64,000 nt of DNA from Bacillota bacterium (GCA_003973385.1 QNYK01000010.1:4519-68518); one strand, 5' to 3'; counted from the first letter of the stretch, positions 23,423-33,950 are shown. Numbers and translations are program-made. The notes: generated from the letters alone by a model not told the origin.

Positions 23423-24247
23423 TCAAATGGCAGTATCCGGCTCGGGAATCGACAGCGAGAGACGCTCGATCAGTTCCTGGCACAGATCCTCGATCTCCCC
23501 CGCCGCCGGACCGGTCGGATCATGGCCGAAGATGGAGAGGCCAAAAGATGGCGCCTCCGCCACCTTGACCCGCGACGGGATCTGCGTACGGGTCAACTGA
23601 TCGGGGAAATGACGCCTGAGTTCCTCGACCACCTCACGTGACAGTCGCGTGCGAGGATCGACCATCGTCGGCACCACCGCGTTCCACTTCAGGCCGGGAT
23701 GGAGTCGCTGCTGAACCAGCGTGATGACCTTCATCAACTGAGCCATGCCCTGCAATGCCAGGTACTCCGCCTGCACCGGCACGACCACCTCGTCTGCGGC
23801 AGCGAGGGCGTTGAGCGACAGCAGGCCGAGCGAGGGAGGGCAATCGAGAAGTACCAGATCGAAGCTGTCATCGAGGGTATCGAGAGCATCGCGCAGCAAC
23901 AATTCACGACCCAGTTCCTGCGAGAGTTCCCCCTCGGCACCGGAGAGGTCGATATGGGACGGCACCAGCGACACCGCCTCGGCAGGAACCTCGAAGATAC
24001 ACTCCATCAGCGGCTTCTCGCGTCGCAAGGCAGCTTCGATGGTGCTGTTCTCGATCCGCTCGAGGCTGGCGTCGGTCAACGAATCGCCCAGGGAGAGAGT
24101 CAGGTGCGCCTGCGGATCGAGGTCGACCATCAGCACGCGAAAGCCGAGTCTCGCCCACCCCACCGCACAGTTGAGGGTCAGCGTCGTCTTGCCGACACCC
24201 CCCTTCTGGTTGATGAACGCGATCCGGACATCGCTGCGATCATTCAA
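23423..24247 (-). CDS. ParA/Soj-family ATPase
   Basis: NQKGGVGKTT, VDLDPQAH, LLDCPPSLG, PVQAEYLALQG, EAPSFG. Confidence 0.93.
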   Translation of the reverse strand: MNDRSDVRIAFINQKGGVGKTTLTLNCAVGWARLGFRVLMVDLDPQAHLTLSLGDSLTDASLERIENSTIEAALRREKPLMECIFEVPAEAVSLVPSHIDLSGAEGELSQELGRELLLRDALDTLDDSFDLVLLDCPPSLGLLSLNALAAADEVVVPVQAEYLALQGMAQLMKVITLVQQRLHPGLKWNAVVPTMVDPRTRLSREVVEELRRHFPDQLTRTQIPSRVKVAEAPSFGLSIFGHDPTGPAAGEIEDLCQELIERLSLSIPEPDTAI

Positions 24248-24300
24248 GAAAACTTTCCCCCTTCAGCACGGTACAAGCAGCAAGGTGCAAGAAGCGCAGT

Positions 24301-24924
24301 TCAAAGTGCGTCGCCGTTGGCTCCATCACAACTGGGACAGGCCTGCCAATCACGATAGAAATCGAGATAGATATCCGGGCCCTCTTCCGACTGGAACTGA
24401 TACAGCAATCCCATGCCCTTTTTTCTCATCTCCTTCAACGCCATCGCCAGAGCTTCTCGCTGCTGATCATCGAATCCCGAGCTGGTGGTCCTCTCGGCGA
24501 CCCACCGATCGATCAACTGCTGGAGTGCGTCGCGACGCTGCAGGTTGTCATCGGAGAGGAGCCTGGCCTGAACTGCAGGATCGAGCCCGGAGCCGAAGGT
24601 ATCGCGACCGATCTTGTCTCGATAAAAACCGGGACGCGCCGCATAGACGCGCATCGCATCGAGGGCGGGCATGCAGATGGGACAGCCGTAGACGAAGTTG
24701 TGAGGAATCCCTGCCGGTTCATCGATGTTGGCGATGGCGCTGGCGACGCGGGTCTCGACACCATCCCTGTAAAGTCCCTCGAGGACGCCAAAGAAGATCA
24801 GTTGCTGCACCTGCTCGTGGGGAAGCGATCTGCGAACCTGGACGGTGCTATTTTGCTGCCAGCGGTCCTGGATCGGCTGGCAGGCGACGAGAATCAGCGG
24901 CAACCACAGTAGCATCTTCAGCAT
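24301..24924 (-). CDS. Hypothetical lipoprotein with two CxxC motifs
   Basis: Lipobox ILVA-C; GCPICMP and ACPSCDG; GAGGAG SD. Confidence 0.75.
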   Translation of the reverse strand: MLKMLLWLPLILVACQPIQDRWQQNSTVQVRRSLPHEQVQQLIFFGVLEGLYRDGVETRVASAIANIDEPAGIPHNFVYGCPICMPALDAMRVYAARPGFYRDKIGRDTFGSGLDPAVQARLLSDDNLQRRDALQQLIDRWVAERTTSSGFDDQQREALAMALKEMRKKGMGLLYQFQSEEGPDIYLDFYRDWQACPSCDGANGDAL

Positions 24925-25069
24925 CGATCACTCCTCCCCTGCCATCATCGAGCAGCAGTCCGATCATCGCTGCCTGACTTCCCCAAGTCCAGCGTGCAAC
25001 CTTTCGACCGGTGCCCTTTCAAATCAGCGATGACTGGATGGAGGGGACCTGAATCTCTACCCTCCGGTC

Positions 25070-25645
25070 ATGGAGATTCTCCCCTGCTGCCAACTCTCCT
25101 TCGCGCTCGCCGCTCCCGAACGGCTCGACCCCCGGATCGCCCTGGAGAGAGCCCTCGGCAGGTGCCCGCTCGCCGAGGTGGAAGAGACGATCCTGCAATC
25201 GATCCCCTACAGCGGCTTCCCGGCCGCAGTGGAGTCCCTCGGTTGGTTACGCGAACTGCACCCCGAGGCAGATCCCTTCCCTCGGAACGAAACGAGCCAG
25301 CCCGAGAGTTTCTTCGAGCAGATCTACGGCGACGGGCAAGAAAAAGTCCGAGCCTCCCTGCGAGATCGCCACGGGGATCTGGAGCGTTGGATCATCGAGT
25401 TCGCCTACGGCACGGTGATGGAATCCTCGTGGCTGTCCCCTGATGCCATCGAGGCGCTGGCGGTTTCATCGCTGATCGGCCAGGCACGACTGCGACCGCT
25501 GCATTCTCACCTGCGCGGCGCACTGAGAACCGGGCACACCAGGAAATCGTTGACGCTGCTGCTCGATTCGCTGCAAAAGGTGGCCGATCCGAAGGTGCTT
25601 CGCGCTGCCGCCAAGATGCTCGAACGAGAGTGCTCCAGCGACTAG
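25070..25645 (+). CDS. Carboxymuconolactone decarboxylase/AhpD-like family protein
   Basis: EETILQSIPYSGFPA, IIEFAYGTV, LHSHLRGALRTG. Confidence 0.8.
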   Translation: MEILPCCQLSFALAAPERLDPRIALERALGRCPLAEVEETILQSIPYSGFPAAVESLGWLRELHPEADPFPRNETSQPESFFEQIYGDGQEKVRASLRDRHGDLERWIIEFAYGTVMESSWLSPDAIEALAVSSLIGQARLRPLHSHLRGALRTGHTRKSLTLLLDSLQKVADPKVLRAAAKMLERECSSD

Positions 25646-26817
25646 TCAAGGCGCAGATGCTCGGCTATGGCGCCAGCGATCCGTTCACTCTCTTCCCAGG
25701 TAGCGACCATCGAGAGTCGAACGTACTGCTCGTCGGGTCCATGTCGCGAAGCATCCCCCACCAGCGCCGCCGATGGGATCGTCACGGCGAGGATCTTCTC
25801 GTCGAGCAGTGCCTCGGCCAGCGCCGTGCTGGTCACCCCCTCAGGTGCCCGCTGCCACACATACAGGCTCGCCTCCGGGTCACTGCGAGGCAGCCCCGCG
25901 GCTTCAAATGCAGATACGAACAGATCGCGTCGTTTTCTGTAGCCATCCCTCATCTCGGCGACATGACTCTCATCCGAATATGCTGCGATCGCCGCCTCCT
26001 GGATGAACCAGGGTGTACCGGTATCGATGTTGGCCTTCAACTTTCGATACAGCGCGATGATCCGTGCATCTCCTGCCACCCAGCCGACTCGATAGCCGGT
26101 CATGGCAGACCGCTTGGAGAGAGAGTTGAAGACCAGCACCCCCTGCTTGCCCTGTTCCAGCGCCGATGGCGGTGGCTGGTCAAAGTAGATCTCGGAGTAC
26201 GCCTCGTCGCTACAGGCGACGATGTCCCGGTCTCGGCACCACTGGACCCAGCTCTCGAGGAACTCCGATGATGCGATGCGACCCGACGGGCTCGACGGTG
26301 TCGTGAGCCAGAAGATACGAGCCCGCTCAGCGATGGAATCTGGAATCGAATCGAGGTCGGGAAGGAAGTCGGTGCGATTCTGGATGGGCACATAATACGG
26401 TTCCCCCTCGGCAAAGATGGTTCCTCCGCCGTAGGGCGGATAGCCAGGGTCGGGACAGATCACCACGTCCCCCGGATCGATCAACGCCTCCGGCAGGTGA
26501 AAGATCGATTCCTTCGAACCGACCGAAGAGACGATTTCGGTCTCGGGGTCGATGGCCACCCCGAAGCGACCCTCGACCCAGTCGACGACCGCCTGACGAA
26601 AAGGAGCACTTCCTGCGAAAGGTGGATAGCCGCTGGCAGCGTGGCGCTCGATCCCCTCGGCACAGGCTCTGCGGATGAACTCGGGTGTCGGGGCGGAAGG
26701 ATCCCCCATGCCAAAGTCGACGGGAGTGAGGCCTCTGGCTCGCAACTGCTCGGTGCGCTCGCGCACGGCGGCCATGGCATAGGTGCCGATCTGTGCGATT
26801 CTGTTCGATCCGACCAC
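25642..26817 (-). CDS. Class I/II PLP aminotransferase (DapC/DapL-like)
   Basis: DFGMGDP, GSKESIF, PDPGYPPY, SDEAYSEI, NSLSKRSAMTGYRVG. Confidence 0.88.
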   Translation of the reverse strand: MVGSNRIAQIGTYAMAAVRERTEQLRARGLTPVDFGMGDPSAPTPEFIRRACAEGIERHAASGYPPFAGSAPFRQAVVDWVEGRFGVAIDPETEIVSSVGSKESIFHLPEALIDPGDVVICPDPGYPPYGGGTIFAEGEPYYVPIQNRTDFLPDLDSIPDSIAERARIFWLTTPSSPSGRIASSEFLESWVQWCRDRDIVACSDEAYSEIYFDQPPPSALEQGKQGVLVFNSLSKRSAMTGYRVGWVAGDARIIALYRKLKANIDTGTPWFIQEAAIAAYSDESHVAEMRDGYRKRRDLFVSAFEAAGLPRSDPEASLYVWQRAPEGVTSTALAEALLDEKILAVTIPSAALVGDASRHGPDEQYVRLSMVATWEESERIAGAIAEHLRLD

Positions 26818-26929
26818 GCTCGCATCCTTTCAGGTTCGTGCCATCGCCTCGCTACTGGCGCCATCCATCGTCATCTCGAAGCAGTTCGCTGGCAAGAGGC
26901 TCAGCAACAACTCTCACCTCTGGGTCGGT

Positions 26930-28084
26930 TCAGTCTTTAAGCGAATTCGAATGCCACACGACCAGCCCGCGCAACAGGTGGCAGCCATCTCCGAAGGCCC
27001 GTTCCCACGTCTCGGTATCGCTCTCCTGCGTGTCGCCAGAGAGCAGAATCCCGGAGGGGTCCACCTCCTCGACCAGCCTTTTCTTGACCTGGCTCGCCGC
27101 AGCGAGGCAACTGTCAGCGGCCTCGGCGACCTGCTTCTTCGTCAGCAGATCGAGTGCCCGGCAACGTCCCAGCAGATCGAGGCCATGGCCCGCCAGTTTC
27201 ATGCGCGCGAGCACGGCATGCCGCGCCGCACGACGCGGCGAGATCCCCGCCGCCAGAGCTCTCTGCTCCTCGTCGAGTCGAAACTGCAACTCCCAGGAGA
27301 GGCGCCTTGTCATCAGCAACAGGCTCCTGATCACGCGATCTTGATCCGCCTCCTGCAGATATCCCGCATCGACCGACTCCGCCAGTGCTGACAGGAGGTG
27401 CATGCCACCGCAGGTGTAGGCCCAGGTGCCGGCAATCGCAGGACCCTGCATTCCATCGGGACGCTGGTCGCCCTGTTCGAGGCAACGCTTGACGACCTGA
27501 TCCGATTCCTCGACCGCCGCCACCAGGATCCTCGCCAGGGATGCCAGATCTCCATCCACAGTCGGGGTCGTGGCGGCAAGTTTCAGCACCGCAGCGGCTT
27601 CGATCAGCCATGCGAGATCATTGATCTGCTGCCAGCTTGTTGGCGTACCCTTGCGGGCGAGGGCTCGCTCGATTCGATGCTTCAGGTGCGGTGTGTGAGT
27701 CGATGGAAGCACCCAGGCTGCGGTGCGAAGCATCAGATGCGGGTGTTGCTCTCCTCGATGGCCGTCATCGCCATGGAGTGGGATCCGGGCCTTGTCGTCC
27801 TGGATCAGGTCGACCCATCTTGACCTCAGGCTGGAGAGGCGCTGGGCAGCGGGAAACGCCAGCATCAGGTGAGCCCCGGCCCATGGATCGGAACTGGCGA
27901 GACCAGCGTCAAGAATCCGCGCCGAGAAAACCGCTTCCGGTTGCACAGGGATCACTGAAGTACAGCCGATCAACAGCATCAGCAGCGTTACACCGCAGTA
28001 AAGCCCAGGCCGCCTCTGCGGCGTCAGGTCCTCTGATGGGGATCGAGATGGTGCCGCCAAGTCGCGCCTCCCTTGTGCTGGCAT
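26930..28084 (-). CDS. Hypothetical protein, possible lipoprotein
   Basis: Long ORF with LLMLLIG-C lipobox-like segment; start uncertain. Confidence 0.6.
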   Translation of the reverse strand: MPAQGRRDLAAPSRSPSEDLTPQRRPGLYCGVTLLMLLIGCTSVIPVQPEAVFSARILDAGLASSDPWAGAHLMLAFPAAQRLSSLRSRWVDLIQDDKARIPLHGDDGHRGEQHPHLMLRTAAWVLPSTHTPHLKHRIERALARKGTPTSWQQINDLAWLIEAAAVLKLAATTPTVDGDLASLARILVAAVEESDQVVKRCLEQGDQRPDGMQGPAIAGTWAYTCGGMHLLSALAESVDAGYLQEADQDRVIRSLLLMTRRLSWELQFRLDEEQRALAAGISPRRAARHAVLARMKLAGHGLDLLGRCRALDLLTKKQVAEAADSCLAAASQVKKRLVEEVDPSGILLSGDTQESDTETWERAFGDGCHLLRGLVVWHSNSLKD

Positions 28085-28165
28085 CAGATCGTATCGAGAT
28101 CGATGGGGCAAGGATCCTTGCCCGCACCCCGGTCACGGGGCACTCTCTTGCCGGAAGGAGTACGG

Positions 28166-29800
28166 ATGAATCCGTCCCTGCTGCTGGCGGCACAATCGCT
28201 GCCACTACTCGATGACCTGCTGCTACTGTTGCTGGGAGCGATGCTGGTCGCGCTGGTCACCCGCAGACTTCGTATCCCGTATACCGTCGGTCTCGTCGTC
28301 GCCGGAACCGCGATCGGGTTCCTGCGCCACCAGGGTATCCTGCCGAGTGGTGCCGGGCACTTTGAACTGACCAAAGAGGTCATCCTGCTGATCCTGTTAC
28401 CGCCGCTGCTCTTCGACGGCGCGATGAACACGTCCTTCGCCAAACTACGAGAAAATGCCGCCCTGATCGGCACGATGGCGATTCTCGGCACATTCGGCTG
28501 CATCCTGATCACCACCGCAGCGATCCGTTCACTGACCGGCTGGGACTGGGATGTCTCGCTGTTGCTGGGCGTGATAGTGAGTCCCACCGATCCGGTCAGC
28601 GTGATCGCCATCTTTCGTGAGCAGGGGGTAGAGAAGCGACTCTCCACCATCGTCGAGGGTGAATCGCTCTTCAACGACGGCCTCGTGGTCGTGATGTACA
28701 TCCTGCTGATGCGTGGCATGGAACAGGGCTGGGATGGAATCACTGCCAGTGAAGGAGTTCTGACCTTCCTGCGCATGATCGGCGTCGGGGCGTTCATCGG
28801 TCTGTCACTGGGAGCTCTCGTCAACTGGCTGATCGAGCGAATCAATGAGCACCTGGTCGAGGTACTCTTCTCGATACTGCTGGCGTACGGCTCCTATCAA
28901 CTGGCAGAACATCTGGAAGCTTCAGGAGTGATCGCCGTGGTCTTTGCCGGATTGATGGTGGGAAATATCGGTCGACGTTCCTCGATGAGTGCGACTGCCA
29001 TCCTGAGCCTGGGTCTGACCTGGGAGGTGATCGCCTTCGTCGCCAACTCACTCGCTTTCATCGCCCTCGGATTCGCCGTCGATCCGATGCTGGTGGTCGA
29101 GAATTTCCCCACGGTGGTACTGGTCTGGCTCGCCAGCACGGCGGCCAGGGCATTGATGACATACGCCATCGCAGGCGCAGATCAGGCGATTCGCGGCGCC
29201 TATCCTCGCTCATGGCTGCACATCATCCACTGGGGAGGTCTCAAGGGCACGGTGCCCGTCGCCCTCGCCCTCGGTATCGCTGAATCGACAACCCTGTTCG
29301 AGATTGCGCCGAGGATCCAGGCGATCGTCGCAGGTGTTGTGATGCTCTCGATGTTGATCCAGGGCACCACAGTCAAACCTCTGCTGAGACGCCTCAATAT
29401 CGTCAGGCCGCGCGAAGCGAGACGGCGCTGGGAACGGCATCAGGCCCGCTCCATCGCGGTCGAGACCGCACTTGAAGAACTCGCAGATGCAGTTTCCAGC
29501 ACCGAGATCGCCCCTGACCGGGTTGCATCGTTACGTGAGAGGCTGCTGACGATCCGGGGGACGATCCACGAGGACCTCAACCAGGTGCTGCAAGATCATC
29601 CCGAGTTTGCTGCCGAACAGGTTCGAGATGTGGTGATCCGTCTGCTGCACCGTCAACGCAGCGCCGTCGAGGACGCATACCGCGAGGGGATCCTGTCGGA
29701 TGAAGCGCTGCAGGATGTTCAGGCGGAGATTGACATCTTGCTGCTGGAAGAATTTCCTGATCCGGTACCTGGAGCCCACGGCGAGGAGTCGACCCCTTGA
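28166..29800 (+). CDS. CPA1-family Na+/H+ antiporter (NhaP-like)
   Basis: LLPPLLF, SPTDPVSV, EGESLFNDG, WGGLKG; many TM helices; AAGGAG SD. Confidence 0.92.
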   Translation: MNPSLLLAAQSLPLLDDLLLLLLGAMLVALVTRRLRIPYTVGLVVAGTAIGFLRHQGILPSGAGHFELTKEVILLILLPPLLFDGAMNTSFAKLRENAALIGTMAILGTFGCILITTAAIRSLTGWDWDVSLLLGVIVSPTDPVSVIAIFREQGVEKRLSTIVEGESLFNDGLVVVMYILLMRGMEQGWDGITASEGVLTFLRMIGVGAFIGLSLGALVNWLIERINEHLVEVLFSILLAYGSYQLAEHLEASGVIAVVFAGLMVGNIGRRSSMSATAILSLGLTWEVIAFVANSLAFIALGFAVDPMLVVENFPTVVLVWLASTAARALMTYAIAGADQAIRGAYPRSWLHIIHWGGLKGTVPVALALGIAESTTLFEIAPRIQAIVAGVVMLSMLIQGTTVKPLLRRLNIVRPREARRRWERHQARSIAVETALEELADAVSSTEIAPDRVASLRERLLTIRGTIHEDLNQVLQDHPEFAAEQVRDVVIRLLHRQRSAVEDAYREGILSDEALQDVQAEIDILLLEEFPDPVPGAHGEESTP

Positions 29801-30771
29801 CCGAACTGGAGTGGATCGAGACCTTCATATCTCCTCGAAGTGGCCGTCACGAGGCTGGACAGCTGGGTCCAGGGGATGATGCGGCACTCTCTCCTTCACT
29901 CGGTGGCGACCGTGCCGTGCTCACCGTCGATGCTCTGGTCGAGGGACAGCACTTCCTCGACCACTGGCTAGATGATCAGACACTGGCGAGGCGAGTGATT
30001 CGATCGAGCGTCAGCGACCTGGCAGCGATGGGCGCCACGCCGGTCGGTTTTCTTCTCTCTGTCGAGAGCGCGAAGTTGCCCGGGCGACTCGGCGATCAGT
30101 TCTGGCTCGCCATCGATGAAGAATGCCGGGCCCTGGATGTTCAGTTGCTCGGCGGCAATGTGACTCGCAGCGACGGCCCCCTCTCGATCCACTGCACCTT
30201 TCTCGGCAGGGTCTCCGCCGGTCGAGAGTGGCGCCGGAGCGGTGCCCGAGTGGGAGATCTACTGGTAGTGACGGGAGATCCGGGCCACGCCTCGAGAGCG
30301 ATGCAGGAGATCTCATGGGGGCTGCTGCCTGCCGCCCATGACCGCTGGAGCGAACCCATCCCCAGAGTCGATCTTGCGGTTGCGCTCGCTGCGGTGGCGC
30401 CGAAGGACAGCATCGTCACCGCCGCCATCGACATCAGTGACGGGTTACTGCTCGATCTTCGCCGGCTCTGCAAGGCCAGTGGCTGTGCGGCAAACATCGA
30501 TATCGATGCCCTGGTAACGGAGGAAATTTCGAAGCAGATGGTCCTGGCAGGGGGTGAAGATTACGAGTTACTGCTCGCCATCGACGCAGCATCGATGACG
30601 CACTTCGAGGAGATTGCCAGCGAACAGGGAACGGATTGGCATCTGCTCGGGACCACCGAGGATGGCACCGCTGGCGAGGTCGCCGTGAAGATCGGCGGAC
30701 AATCGCTGGCATCGGATGAACTCGGTGCACAGATCTCCGGAGGGTGGGATCCATTCGACCAGCAGCACTGA
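29797..30771 (+). CDS. thiL: Thiamine-monophosphate kinase
   Basis: GDDAA, VDALVEGQHF, SDLAAMGA, LLGGN, AAIDISDGL, GGEDYELL. Confidence 0.93.
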   Translation: MTELEWIETFISPRSGRHEAGQLGPGDDAALSPSLGGDRAVLTVDALVEGQHFLDHWLDDQTLARRVIRSSVSDLAAMGATPVGFLLSVESAKLPGRLGDQFWLAIDEECRALDVQLLGGNVTRSDGPLSIHCTFLGRVSAGREWRRSGARVGDLLVVTGDPGHASRAMQEISWGLLPAAHDRWSEPIPRVDLAVALAAVAPKDSIVTAAIDISDGLLLDLRRLCKASGCAANIDIDALVTEEISKQMVLAGGEDYELLLAIDAASMTHFEEIASEQGTDWHLLGTTEDGTAGEVAVKIGGQSLASDELGAQISGGWDPFDQQH

Positions 30772-30782
30772 CGGTGTAAATC

Positions 30783-32312
30783 TCAGGCGTCCGCGCCCTC
30801 GATGGCGGGAGCCTCTTCACCCGCTTCCAGGATGGCATCCTCGACGGCGCTGCCCTCTTCTGGTTTCAACAGGGGAAACAGCACCACATCACGAAGATTT
30901 TCGGCACCACACAGGAGTGCCACCATCCGATCGATCCCCATCCCCCAGCCAGAGATGGGTGGCATGCCATGCTCCATCGCCATCAGATAATCCTCGTCCA
31001 TCACCATCGCTTCGCTGTCACCTTCGGCATTCAATGCCGCCTGCTCTTCAAGGCGACCGCGCTGATCGATGGGGTCGACCAGTTCGGAGTAAGCGTTGAT
31101 CACTTCCCAGCCGTGGATCACCAGTTGAAACCGATCAGAGATGTTTGCTTCATCATCGTTTCGACGCGCCAGAGGTGACAGATCGACCGGGTGAGAGGTG
31201 ACGAATGTGGGAGATGTGATGCGGGGGCGAACCGTCTTCTTGTACAACTGGTCGATGAGGGTTCCACGGCCAAACTTCTCTGCACCATCGATGGTAATCT
31301 CTGCGGCTCCGAGCGCGCTCCGGAGTGAATCTGCATCGGGACAAGCATTGACATCGATCCCGGAATGCTCCTGGATCAGATCGAGCAAGGGTCGGCGAGG
31401 CCACTCCCCCGAGAAATCGATCTCGCCAGCGGCATGAGTCACCTGCAATGAGCCGGTTGATGCTTCTATCGCCTGGCGAAGCAATCTCTCGGTGAAGTCC
31501 ATGTTGTCGATGTAGTTCCAGTACGAAGCATAGTACTCGAGCATGGTGAAATCCTGCAGGTGTGAAGGATCCATACCCTCGTTGCGGAAGACGCGAGCAA
31601 ACTCGTAGACACGATCAAAACCGGCCACAACACAGCGTTTCAGGTAGGTCTCGGGAGCGATCCGGAGGTAGACCGGAATATCGAGTGCCGCATGATGCGT
31701 CTCGAAGGGTCGCGCGAGTGCACCCGAAGGCTTGGTCTGCAGTACCGGAGTTTCGACCTCATCAAATCCCGCCTCATCCAGCCCCTTGCGCAACGCACGA
31801 ATAAAATCGTGGCGCAATCGAAATCGTGCGCGCGAGTCTGCATCTGTGATCAGGTCGAGATAGCGTCGTCGGTATCGAATCTCACGATCGGCGATGGCAT
31901 GAAACTTCTCAGGCATGGGGCGCAACATCTTGCCAAGAATTTGCCAGTTCGACCCACGCACCGTCAGTTGACCGATCTTGGTGTGATAGGTCTCGCCCTC
32001 GATCCCGACGAAATCGCCGACATCGACCAATTTTATGAAATCGGTGTACGACTCCTTGCCAAGATCATCGCGCTGCAGTGAGCACTGCATGCGCCCACCG
32101 ACATCCTGCACATCGAAGAAGGTCAACTTGCCGAAGTCGCGACGGCTGACGATCCGACCACAAACTCGAACGCCACCGACTCCCGCTTCCAGCTGTGAAG
32201 CCTGCCCCGGTGTATGCGTACGCTGCCACCGCTCCGGATAGGGCTGGAGGCCCTTGTCACGCAATTTCTGGATCTTCTCGATCTTGATCTCGCGGATCCG
32301 GTCCTCGGCCAC
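30783..32312 (-). CDS. lysS: Lysyl-tRNA synthetase, class II
   Basis: RYRRRYLDL, YLRIAPETYLK, FRNEG, NAYSELVDP, GMPPISGWGMGIDR; GTG start. Confidence 0.96.
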   Translation of the reverse strand: MAEDRIREIKIEKIQKLRDKGLQPYPERWQRTHTPGQASQLEAGVGGVRVCGRIVSRRDFGKLTFFDVQDVGGRMQCSLQRDDLGKESYTDFIKLVDVGDFVGIEGETYHTKIGQLTVRGSNWQILGKMLRPMPEKFHAIADREIRYRRRYLDLITDADSRARFRLRHDFIRALRKGLDEAGFDEVETPVLQTKPSGALARPFETHHAALDIPVYLRIAPETYLKRCVVAGFDRVYEFARVFRNEGMDPSHLQDFTMLEYYASYWNYIDNMDFTERLLRQAIEASTGSLQVTHAAGEIDFSGEWPRRPLLDLIQEHSGIDVNACPDADSLRSALGAAEITIDGAEKFGRGTLIDQLYKKTVRPRITSPTFVTSHPVDLSPLARRNDDEANISDRFQLVIHGWEVINAYSELVDPIDQRGRLEEQAALNAEGDSEAMVMDEDYLMAMEHGMPPISGWGMGIDRMVALLCGAENLRDVVLFPLLKPEEGSAVEDAILEAGEEAPAIEGADA

Positions 32313-32613
32313 GATTCCCCCCACTCCGGCGCAGGTAAGCCGTTGCTGTGCTTCTGCGTACTCGTATCCTGGCGTCGGTGCCACCGGAAGGGGGGCGCCG
32401 ACTGCCAGGCTCGCCGGGATCCTAGCCCGCACCGGGTCGGCGGTCAAAGAGACCTGAGCGGGTTCGTTGACTTGGACGCTGCAGGGATTTACCCTTCTTC
32501 CTGCCTCCAGACGCCTGAATTGGCGCCAGAGGAGCCTCGGAAGGAAACCCACCGCAGCCAGGAACTTCGATCAGATCCTGTCTCCGGCAACCAGAGAGAA
32601 AGAGGGAGGGGCC

Positions 32614-32841
32614 ATGAGTCCGAACTCCAAACGTCGTACCATTCGTACATTTGCCATGCTTCTTTGTCTGAGTCTGGCACTTGCGATGTCTGGCTGCGCC
32701 ACTGGACCCAAGAGCACCGTTGCATCGAGCCTCTACTGGAAGCGCGTCTTCCGTCAGATGGGCAATGATCTTCGTGCGGCTCGCACCGACATCGATCGCA
32801 TCGTCTGGGATCTCGACGACCGTCCCATCGAGCAGTACTAG
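32614..32841 (+). CDS. Small hypothetical lipoprotein (75 aa)
   Basis: Basic N-terminus, hydrophobic core, AMSG-C lipobox; GGAGG SD. Confidence 0.7.
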   Translation: MSPNSKRRTIRTFAMLLCLSLALAMSGCATGPKSTVASSLYWKRVFRQMGNDLRAARTDIDRIVWDLDDRPIEQY

Positions 32842-32966
32842 TCTCGAACATTTCGTCGGTCAGTCCTCGTACCAAGGGGGAAGGTCCATCCGGGTCCGGC
32901 TGCCAACGGCGGTCGGACCTGCTTTTCATCCGGTTCAGATCTTGCTTGATCGAGGTTGTTCTGTGA

Positions 32967-33950
32967 TCAGAGCTGCTGCTGAAGTGCCAGTCTCGAATCC
33001 TCTGCATCAGCGATCGCGTCTCCAGCGACGACCGCCGCGTGCGCCTTCCGAACTCGATCGAGTGCAAGGTGCTGCTGGTCGGGAGAATACCATTCGATCG
33101 GCAGTTTGCGTGCCCACGCCAGTTGCGAACGAACCAGCGCTCGAGTTCGGGCCTGGATCGTCTCGATCTGATCGGCAGGGTCGGTCCCGTCGACCAGCGC
33201 CTGCGAAATCTGCTGGTAGCCGATCGACTGTCTGGCCGTGACACTCCAGGGAGGATCGTGATCCGCGAGAAGTTGTTTCACTTCATCCACCCAACCCGCC
33301 TCGAACATTCGCAGCACCCGATCCTCGATCCTCTGGTGCATCTCATCGCGCGGCCGAAAAACACCGAGCAACACGGTGCGCCGGGGATCGAGGATCGGAA
33401 CTCTTCTTCGATGCCAGAGTGTGATGGGCTCGCCACTGATCTCGAACACCTCCAGGGCTCGGATGATGCGCTTGGCGTTATTTGGATGAATTTCCGCTGC
33501 TGCGCGCGGATCGACCTTCGCCAGGCGACGATGAAGCGCTCCCTCTGGCAACTCGCTGGCGAGTGCGGAGAGTCGCTGACGAATTTGCGGATCGGCACCC
33601 GGTCCGGCGAAGATCCCCTCCAGCAGGGCATGGAGGTAGAAACTGGTGCCGCCACTCAGAAGCCAAGGTTGACGGGAGGATGTCGACTCGGAGAGCGCTG
33701 CGAGCCAGTCGACCACCGTGAACTCCTGCCATGGATCGACGAGATCGACCAGCGAGAACGGATTTCCTCGTCGGAGTTCTGGTGCCGGCTTGGCGGTCCC
33801 GATGCTCATCTGGCGATAGACCTTCATCGAATCCATCACCTGAATGGGCCAGTCCATCTGCTCGGCGATCCTGGTCGCCAGCTGGGATTTCCCACCGCAG
33901 GTTGGTCCTGCGATGACCACCGCCAGTGGCGGCGCAGCAATTGATGTCAT
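32967..33950 (-). CDS. miaA: tRNA dimethylallyltransferase
   Basis: GPTCGGKS, DSMKVYRQMSIGTAKP, GGTSFY, RIIRALEV, QSIGY. Confidence 0.94.
   Translation of the reverse strand: MTSIAAPPLAVVIAGPTCGGKSQLATRIAEQMDWPIQVMDSMKVYRQMSIGTAKPAPELRRGNPFSLVDLVDPWQEFTVVDWLAALSESTSSRQPWLLSGGTSFYLHALLEGIFAGPGADPQIRQRLSALASELPEGALHRRLAKVDPRAAAEIHPNNAKRIIRALEVFEISGEPITLWHRRRVPILDPRRTVLLGVFRPRDEMHQRIEDRVLRMFEAGWVDEVKQLLADHDPPWSVTARQSIGYQQISQALVDGTDPADQIETIQARTRALVRSQLAWARKLPIEWYSPDQQHLALDRVRKAHAAVVAGDAIADAEDSRLALQQQL

Noticed and set aside
19150..25000. Apparently higher-GC stretch as a horizontally acquired island
   Set aside because: Impression only and not computed; the genes are housekeeping-like and there are no mobility genes.
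32313..32613. T-box or lysine riboswitch upstream of lysS
   Set aside because: No T-box or lysine-riboswitch consensus was seen; the region is shared with a divergent gene.
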